From assembly GCA_963832745.1 (NCBI GenBank), contig CAWHVC010000001.1:416001-480000 (forward strand): 64,000 nt of DNA, read 5' to 3'. The notes under the pieces were generated by a model. It was not told the DNA's origin, did no database searches, and saw only the letters and a program-made list of their open reading frames with translations. The position numbers and the translations under genes are program-made. This stretch comes from Candidatus Bathyarchaeota archaeon (GTDB taxonomy: Archaea; Thermoproteota; Bathyarchaeia; Bathyarchaeales; Bathycorpusculaceae). This document shows, piece after piece, positions 57,172 to 64,000 of this stretch (position 1 is its first letter; the number at the start of each line of letters is the position of its first letter).

Positions 57172-59517
57172 TTGCAGCGCAAATGGGCAAAAGACCAAAA
57201 ATTTGAAGTCGCATTTCTTGTTGTTTTCTCAGCATCAATAGTTACGCTCTTTTACCTGCTTATTTCAATGAATGGGCTTGTTTTGGGAAATGATCCGGCA
57301 GTCCATTTAATAAAGACCCAAATTTTTCTGCAATCCGGCCAGATTCCTTTGGACAATATTGGTTGGATTCCTCCGCTTTTCGAAATAATGCTTGCATTTT
57401 TGATTACCCTTACTGGTGCAAGTAGTATTGGGCAGATGATTTTTTTGGTTAAAGTTTTAGCGGTGATTGTGGACTGGCTACTTTTTGTCTCTGTCTATTT
57501 GGTCAGCCGTAAGTTTTTCAACAAGAAAGTTGGCGCCGTATCTGCGGTTTTTTTGGCAACTTGTTTTCCCCTATATGAGCTTAACACGTGGGGCGGCTAC
57601 ACAACCGCGCTTGGCCTCGCCTTCTTGGTTTTGCTCTTTTATTACGCTTACATGGCAACTAAACAATCCAGCTACATTGTAGTCGCTTTTTTTGTGGCTT
57701 TCTCGATTATTCTTGCTCATCAATTGACCGCTTTTCTTGCTGTCGTCATAATGTTGCCAGTCATGCTTTTTTTGCTGATAAAATCAAAAGGTGCCTTCCT
57801 CAAGGGCTTTGTTGTGATAATGATCGGTGGTGCAATAGCGTTTTTTGCTTTTTATTTTCCAGCAATCACCACCAATTTAGACATGATTATAAATCACGTG
57901 TTTTTCAGTAACCAAGCATACACAGTCCAAATTCCCTATACAAACGCTGAATCATTCTTTCTTTACTATGGTTTTATACAATTCTTCGCAGTAGGAGGCA
58001 TAGTCGTCAGCTATTTTATGCTTAAGAAACAAAAGAAAACTATCCTGTTCGCAATTTTAATGCTTAGTCTTCTGGTTCCACTGTTCTTTGCCGAATCTTA
58101 CCTGTTCGGTTTTCTGTTGCCATTTGAATGGTTCACGTACTACCTAACGCCTCCTATCGCTATTCTTGGGGCAGTCTTCGCCGTTTTTGCGGCAGAGAAA
58201 CTGTCCGCATACTTCTCAAAAAACCGGTTTGACAAGAGCAAGAAATGGAAAAGACCCCTGTCTGTTGGATTAATGCTTTTGATGTGTGGATTGATTGTTT
58301 TACCAATCTACAATACGTGTGGGCGAGTAGCATGGGCAGGCGAGTATAACGCGACATCCGACCCTTTAGCGTACGACGCTGCAGTTTGGCTAAACCAAAA
58401 CTACCCACAACCCGTAACTTTAGTAGTTACCCAGAACCCAGGAGACTGGTTTTCGGTTTTTTCAAACAAGACAATTATCACACAAACGTATGATTGGGAG
58501 GGCGCAAATGTTGCTGCTGACTCAATTATAGGGTTAGATTACGAGATGCAAGGTTCTATGAGCCTTGTGAAGGCTTACGAGATTAAGGATTCATTTGTTG
58601 AAAACTATGTTTATTTGGATCAGCTTTGGCGTCGAACCGCCTACTCCTCGCCAGTCCAAGATTACATTTCATTTGATCAGGACGGCACAAACTACCAGTA
58701 TGCAATTGTAAACTTGAGCAGAACAATATCCTTTGATAACCCCTCTGACCCGAAAACCTTGGAAATCAATTACTTCAACCATCAAGTAGCATTAAAACGT
58801 ACAGTTACATTGCAAAACGATAGTTACTTAACAAACAATTCTTGGTCCATCACGCCCTTAACTGGCACTATATCCAATGTGAAATTGCATTTAACAACCT
58901 ATTTTGATCTGCAATTCAACTTCGACACTGCACTGATTCCTCAGTTAACGGATTGGGCGAACCCTTGGGATATGCCTCAAAAATTTGCAAGTGGTAACCA
59001 GTGGGCGTCTGTGGACTTTTTAGGCTCTGATTTAACTCAACATTACATAGGTGTATCTGATGGGCAAGCAAAGGTGGCTTTCGGTTTCTACTTCACTGAT
59101 TTGCCTAACAAAGGAAACATCGGGGCATTGGGAAGCCGCCAGATTGACGCAGTAAGATACGAGTACAATTTTGACAGTTTAGATGCCAACCAAACCGCCG
59201 TGCGGCAATACCAAATTTTAACGGTATCCAGAAACAGCAACCATGGCTTTCAACGAGACGACTTGCAGGGCCTCTTCGATGCCAAAACGAGCCAACCAGT
59301 AACATTACATTGCTACAAGGATTTCATTGCTGAAAATAACGTTAGCTTCATCGTTTATGATAAAAACCAAATTGCCGCCCGCGCTTCTTTACCTTTGAGT
59401 GCAACGTTTTTGCCTCAGGCATCCCAATGCAAATTCCTCGAATTATCTTACTCGAACAATAGATATGTCGTTTTTAAAATTTTAGATAATTATAATCAAA
59501 CGCAAATCTGGAAATAG
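57172..59517 (+). CDS. GT-C membrane glycosyltransferase, AglB/STT3-like architecture (paralog 3, divergent)
   Basis: GNDPAVH, WGGYT, AHQLT and AYDAAVWL..N; same overall layout. Confidence 0.72.
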   Translation: MQRKWAKDQKFEVAFLVVFSASIVTLFYLLISMNGLVLGNDPAVHLIKTQIFLQSGQIPLDNIGWIPPLFEIMLAFLITLTGASSIGQMIFLVKVLAVIVDWLLFVSVYLVSRKFFNKKVGAVSAVFLATCFPLYELNTWGGYTTALGLAFLVLLFYYAYMATKQSSYIVVAFFVAFSIILAHQLTAFLAVVIMLPVMLFLLIKSKGAFLKGFVVIMIGGAIAFFAFYFPAITTNLDMIINHVFFSNQAYTVQIPYTNAESFFLYYGFIQFFAVGGIVVSYFMLKKQKKTILFAILMLSLLVPLFFAESYLFGFLLPFEWFTYYLTPPIAILGAVFAVFAAEKLSAYFSKNRFDKSKKWKRPLSVGLMLLMCGLIVLPIYNTCGRVAWAGEYNATSDPLAYDAAVWLNQNYPQPVTLVVTQNPGDWFSVFSNKTIITQTYDWEGANVAADSIIGLDYEMQGSMSLVKAYEIKDSFVENYVYLDQLWRRTAYSSPVQDYISFDQDGTNYQYAIVNLSRTISFDNPSDPKTLEINYFNHQVALKRTVTLQNDSYLTNNSWSITPLTGTISNVKLHLTTYFDLQFNFDTALIPQLTDWANPWDMPQKFASGNQWASVDFLGSDLTQHYIGVSDGQAKVAFGFYFTDLPNKGNIGALGSRQIDAVRYEYNFDSLDANQTAVRQYQILTVSRNSNHGFQRDDLQGLFDAKTSQPVTLHCYKDFIAENNVSFIVYDKNQIAARASLPLSATFLPQASQCKFLELSYSNNRYVVFKILDNYNQTQIWK

Positions 59518-59599
59518 CCGCTTGGTAAGGGTAAAGGCGGCTTTTTCGATGTTCTTAAATAATCCACATTTTAAGGATTAATTCATTGGAGAACCAGTA

Positions 59600-60346
59600 G
59601 TGCCCTCGTTACCTGAACTTATTGTTGACCTAAATTGGATGTTCACGCACCCAATCGACCTCAAAAACCTGCGCAAAGACATTTGGGCATGGGCTTCTGT
59701 CCCACACGTAAAAGGCGTCTTATATCAGCTCCTGTCTGTACTTGAAAAGCACAATGTTGCTTCAACATTTTTTGTTTCAGGAGTTTGCGTACAACAAAAT
59801 AAGACGGAAATATGCTGGATAAGGGATGCTGGGCATGAGATTGGGTTGCACGGGTACAAGCATGTACCTTACAATATGTCGTACCCAGAAATGATGACTG
59901 ACATGTGCCGGGCAGTTTCAGCTTTCAAAGAAATCGACGTTACGCCTAAAGGATTCAGGGCACCATGGCTAATCTCTACACTGGACACTTACCAAGCGGG
60001 AGAAAAGCTTGGTTTACAATACATGTCAAATTTTAAAGAAAAATCAGGCCCACAAAAAACCCGGGGCTTTGATTTGATAGAGTTGCCAATTTACATTGAC
60101 GACGAGACACTAATCGGAGAAAACGCCGTTCAAACTCTGCTTGAAGCCGCTCAGCCCGGAAGAGTTTTTGAGTTTCACCTTCTGTATGTTAGGAAAAACA
60201 TGCATGTGTTAGGTGAGTTTCTTAGCAAACTGAAGACGGACACTGCGACGCTTTCCCAGATTGCGCAAGGTGCTCCTGCTATTGGGCTTTCTTTTGATAT
60301 AGCCTACTTGGACCGGTTTGAATTAGCAAAAAAACTTTTCACATAG
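59600..60346 (+). CDS. Polysaccharide deacetylase (CE4-like)
   Basis: STFFV.G, HEIGLHGYKH and GFRAPW motifs. Confidence 0.85.
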   Translation: MPSLPELIVDLNWMFTHPIDLKNLRKDIWAWASVPHVKGVLYQLLSVLEKHNVASTFFVSGVCVQQNKTEICWIRDAGHEIGLHGYKHVPYNMSYPEMMTDMCRAVSAFKEIDVTPKGFRAPWLISTLDTYQAGEKLGLQYMSNFKEKSGPQKTRGFDLIELPIYIDDETLIGENAVQTLLEAAQPGRVFEFHLLYVRKNMHVLGEFLSKLKTDTATLSQIAQGAPAIGLSFDIAYLDRFELAKKLFT

Positions 60347-60358
60347 CCGTGGTTTGAC

Positions 60359-61489
60359 TTGACCGAATCTTTTCTAGATACTAAAAATGCGGGTTTAAAG
60401 TATAAGTCAAAAGTTTTCGCGGGAATACTTTCTAAAAAAGCGTTTGTAGGTCCATACATTGCCGTTATAGGAGGCTCGTACAGTTGCAATTACAAATGCG
60501 TTTTCTGCGAATGGTTCTCACCGCTAAGAGAGAAAATAAACAAAGAACTCTTAAACCCTGACTATCATCTTGAAATGGACACATACACCCGATTAGTTGA
60601 AGAGTTAAGTCGACTTGGAACAAAAAACATTCTTATCGATTATCTGGAACCTTTCATGGACCGGCAGTTAATCGAAAAAATCAGAATCGCCAAACAGCAC
60701 AACATGGGCTGCTTCATAATAACTAACGGTTCACTAATAACAAAAGAAAAAGCTGAACAACTTGTCGACCTAAAACTTGATTACTTAAACATCAGCATCA
60801 ACGCAGGCTCACCAGAAACCTACCCCAAAATTCACTTAACAGAAACAGCTGAAACTTTTGAAAGAATAAAATCAATGGTAACTTATATTGAAACATTGAA
60901 AAAACAAAAACAAACCCCTTTCCCAAATACCCGTTTATCGATGGTTGTCTGCAACCGAAATTACTTAGATATCCCCAAGTTGGTTAACGTTTGCTATCAA
61001 ACAGGCACCAAAAATGCTTACGTCAAAAAACTTATTTCTCCAACAGAACGATTCGCCCAAGAATTAGAGTTAAATCCTGAACAGACAAAGAAGATGAACC
61101 GGAGTCTTGCGGAAGCGCGTAAATCAGCAAACGCGTATGGTATTAATTTGGAGATTGAGTGGGAAGAACAGTTTGATTTTAAAAAAACCGGTGATTTGCC
61201 ATGTTATTATGGCTGGTTGTTCTGTTTGATTGATGGCAATGGGGATGTGCATCCGTGTTGTTTCCAGAATCGAGGTTTAGCTTGCACAATGGGGAACATT
61301 AACAAAGAAGATTTTAGAACTATTTGGTTTTCTGAAAAATACTGCGACTTTAGAAAAAAATACAAACAAATTGAGGAACGAAAAAACATGGGTTACTGGT
61401 GTAATGAGCCCTCTTGCTTTTTCAATAATCAGAAAATCCACAAAATGCTGCATCAACCCTACCTTTTACCTTTAACGTATTCACTATAG
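60359..61489 (+). CDS. Radical SAM protein with Twitch/SPASM domain
   Basis: CNYKCVFC; YLEPF in place of GGEP; PCYYGW...G.V.PCC...GNI...IW. Confidence 0.88.
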   Translation: MTESFLDTKNAGLKYKSKVFAGILSKKAFVGPYIAVIGGSYSCNYKCVFCEWFSPLREKINKELLNPDYHLEMDTYTRLVEELSRLGTKNILIDYLEPFMDRQLIEKIRIAKQHNMGCFIITNGSLITKEKAEQLVDLKLDYLNISINAGSPETYPKIHLTETAETFERIKSMVTYIETLKKQKQTPFPNTRLSMVVCNRNYLDIPKLVNVCYQTGTKNAYVKKLISPTERFAQELELNPEQTKKMNRSLAEARKSANAYGINLEIEWEEQFDFKKTGDLPCYYGWLFCLIDGNGDVHPCCFQNRGLACTMGNINKEDFRTIWFSEKYCDFRKKYKQIEERKNMGYWCNEPSCFFNNQKIHKMLHQPYLLPLTYSL

Positions 61490-61582
61490 CCGCTTCACAG
61501 TGGAATCTGCAAAAATTAAGAAAGCGTGTAAGCGGCAAAAAGTGTCAACATATTTTTTAATAGGAAACACAAGTGGAACAAT

Positions 61583-62287
61583 ATGGAAAACTTGCCGGAA
61601 GTAAGCATTGTTATCCCTGCATACAACGAAGAAGCAACAATAACTGACTGCTTAGAAAGCTTAGACCAAACGTTAACCAGACTGCCGCTTTTGTCAGAAA
61701 TCGTTGTAATTGACGATGGAAGCAAAGACAAAACTTTCCAAACAGCCTCAAAAGTTAAAACGCAATCCAGTTTGCAGATTATAAAAAATAAAAAGAATCA
61801 AGGTAAGGGTTCAGCATTAAAAAGCGGGTTTAACTTGTGCCATGGCAACATCGTCATGTTCATGGATGCCGACCTTAGACTAAACCTAAAAACATGCACC
61901 AAAATCATTGAAACACTTGGCTACGCCGATGTAGTTATTGGCTCTAAATGGTTGCCCGAGTCAAGCGTAAATTATAGTTACAAAAGACGATTGTTAAGTC
62001 ATTCATTTAAGGTGCTTGTATATTTGCTAACTAAACTTCCGTTTTCGGATACCCAATGTGGATTAAAAGCGTTTAGACGCCAAGTGCTGGATTCTCTGAT
62101 GCCCATGACGCAAATAAAAAGATTTGCTTTTGATGTTGAATTGCTTTATTATGCACAAAAATACGGATTCAGCATTAAAGAGATTCCGCTTAAAATTGTT
62201 AACCGAGAAAAAAGTTTGAGATTGCATTCAATGTTAAAAATGGGTGTAGACGTGCTTTCGCTTTCTTATTATAAAGATAATCTTTAA
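61583..62287 (+). CDS. GT2, Dol-P-sugar synthase-like
   Basis: IPAYNEE, IDDGSKD, NQGKG, MDAD, DTQCGLK and FDVELL motifs. Confidence 0.9.
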   Translation: MENLPEVSIVIPAYNEEATITDCLESLDQTLTRLPLLSEIVVIDDGSKDKTFQTASKVKTQSSLQIIKNKKNQGKGSALKSGFNLCHGNIVMFMDADLRLNLKTCTKIIETLGYADVVIGSKWLPESSVNYSYKRRLLSHSFKVLVYLLTKLPFSDTQCGLKAFRRQVLDSLMPMTQIKRFAFDVELLYYAQKYGFSIKEIPLKIVNREKSLRLHSMLKMGVDVLSLSYYKDNL

Positions 62288-62300
62288 CCCAACCCACAAT

Positions 62301-63392
62301 TCATGCTTTCTCAATAATTTCTAAAAAGGCTGAAGCTGTTTTATCCCAACTAAAAGTCCTCGAAAAATCTATCGCGTTCTTTACAAAAGCTCGTCTTTTT
62401 TCTACATCTAAAATTAGAAAGGTTATTTGTTGCGCTAACTCGCTAATGTTTCCTGATTGGGCAAGCAAACCAGTCAGTCCATCCTTAACTGAATCCCTTA
62501 ATCCGGCAACATCATAAGCAACACATGGAACACCCAGCGCGTTAGCTTCAATTACGTTTAAGCCCCACCCTTCTCTTACGCTTGGATTAACCAAAACCCA
62601 TCCTTTTTCAAGCTCCCGACGACGCTCCGCATTTGGTAGGTTAGTGTAGAATTTTACACCTGCCACTGCCTCTTTCTGTAACTTTTGCAGTAATGGGCCG
62701 TCACCCAAAAACACAAGCTCAGCGTTAGGAATTTTTTGCTTGACTAACTTGAAGGCATCTAAAGCATGGTCGGGGCGTTTCGCTTTTGTCAATCTACCGC
62801 TATAGACGATACGGGGATTGCCCGTTTTCTCTTGCGCACTCTGAATAGGTGGAAAGTTTAATCCTTCTGGAACAATTGCGGTTTTTCTAAAGCCTAATTG
62901 CGCCAAATCGTTTCGGGTGCTTTCTGAGATAGTGACCGTTAAGCAATCTTTGTATTTGTTTAGCCAATGTTTCTCTAAAAAGTAGTAACCTGCGAAGTTT
63001 ATTGGAAATGATACTTCATAAAACCAGTATTCTTTCGCTAACTGATGAATAAGTGCTACCACCCTTGTTTCTTTGGCAAATTCAATAGCAAAAAATGGTC
63101 GAGTGTTAATCTCGTCGATAACAACATCATATTTTTCTTTGGGGTTGGTTTCCTCAAAAAACTTTTTTGCTTTTTTGTAAAGCCAATAACGTCCGCTGCC
63201 CACCCTAACGATTCGTATTCCGTCCAAGTTTTCTTCTGTTTTGCAGTTGGGAAAAGTTGAAGTACATAGGGTTACTTGATTTCCCTGCGCTGCCCACCTT
63301 TTGGCGATTTCGTGAGTAAAGACTTCGGCACCACCCATTGCAGGATTGTGCCAGCACCGCCAATTAAAAATAAGTATTTTTAAACGGTTTAA
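62301..63392 (-). CDS. Glycosyltransferase family 4
   Basis: GRL..AKR, PSVREGWGL..IEA and DSVKDG.TG motifs. The conserved N-terminal LKILIFNWR lies upstream of track ATG 63338, so the start is extended to TTA 63392. Confidence 0.88.
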   Translation of the reverse strand, partial: LNRLKILIFNWRCWHNPAMGGAEVFTHEIAKRWAAQGNQVTLCTSTFPNCKTEENLDGIRIVRVGSGRYWLYKKAKKFFEETNPKEKYDVVIDEINTRPFFAIEFAKETRVVALIHQLAKEYWFYEVSFPINFAGYYFLEKHWLNKYKDCLTVTISESTRNDLAQLGFRKTAIVPEGLNFPPIQSAQEKTGNPRIVYSGRLTKAKRPDHALDAFKLVKQKIPNAELVFLGDGPLLQKLQKEAVAGVKFYTNLPNAERRRELEKGWVLVNPSVREGWGLNVIEANALGVPCVAYDVAGLRDSVKDGLTGLLAQSGNISELAQQITFLILDVEKRRAFVKNAIDFSRTFSWDKTASAFLEIIEKA

Positions 63393-63785
63393 AGAGCACG
63401 CCCCCTGTTTGCCAACCTATTGAAACACACCTTTTGTTAATGATTATTTGCCGCTACTAATTACTATTACTCGATGCTAAATTTTTCAAAAAGTAAAAGA
63501 TTGCTTTAATATGAAAGCTGACTGGGATGACGCCATTGAAAGAAAGTGCTATAGCAATTGGAAGCAGCGCTATTTTTATTATTGACAATTTTTGTTAAAT
63601 GACCAAAAAGAAAAAGGGGAAAATATTATGGGTAAGGGGAAATCACCATTTTCAGGACATGCAGGTATATACATCAAAAACTCGGAAACAGTTTTGGCAC
63701 TTTTGAAATGAAACTCAACCAAGCAGTAATGGAGAACAAGAAATAAATTGCATCCAACCGATATATTTCTGCAAGGTGTAGAGCA

Positions 63786-64000
63786 ATAGACGATTTTCCC
63801 TCCTTGACATTTAAAATTGGAACCGGGCAAACAAAAAATGACCGCGTCTGGATAGCCAAGAAAAAAGAATACTACGAGAAAGCTTGGAAAACATCAGGCT
63901 CAAAAATACTGCGAAGAATCGAAGACGCTTGCGGCGACACCTTCACAAACACAGCCAAAGAAAAGGGAATACTTGTTTATCTTTACAAAAAGACGCCCCA
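63786..64000 (+). CDS. Partial hypothetical protein running off the window
   Basis: Open frame IDDFPSLTFKIGTGQTKNDRVWIAKKKEYYEKAW... after an AGGTG SD; start is ATA 63786 or TTG 63804. Confidence 0.5.
   Translation, partial: MDDFPSLTFKIGTGQTKNDRVWIAKKKEYYEKAWKTSGSKILRRIEDACGDTFTNTAKEKGILVYLYKKTP

Noticed and set aside
1-64000. CRISPR array, rRNA, transposase, and the many short antisense ORFs in the track
   Set aside because: No regularly spaced repeats or matching motifs seen; the short ORFs overlap well-supported genes and lack recognisable features.

Overview
Archaeal chromosomal window, most consistent with Bathyarchaeia (TACK). This is inferred from the ESCRT-III/CdvB homolog, archaeal Trm1, PEF-CTERM proteins, a large PQQ-like beta-propeller surface protein, GGAGGTGA-type SD sites and frequent TTG starts. 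From left to right it holds: a Grs/Gms-like B12 radical SAM gene; a porCDAB-type operon; tRNA-Ala(GGC); a GT2/radical SAM pair; a PIG-V-like GT-C locus flanked by PEF-CTERM proteins; trm1 and proC; a pentameric ligand-gated ion channel homolog beside a decayed MFS gene; GH133 and GH63 glucosidases; several radical SAM and PRC-barrel genes; an Mrp/NifX/COG1149/DUF134 metal-cluster block; a DCD-like protein; TrmB-PAS, Lrp and single-repeat TFB-like regulators; and three tandem AglB/STT3-like GT-C proteins lacking WWDYG followed by a deacetylase, radical SAM, GT2 and GT4. Non-coding signals include a ~62 bp dispersed element present twice in opposite orientation 38 kb apart (29 bp identical core), a CAGTCACA-N4-TATA promoter motif ahead of five genes, paired operator-like palindromes, and several apparent non-canonical start codons. 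No CRISPR array, rRNA, integrase or transposase was seen. All family calls come from motif recognition by eye, not database searches.
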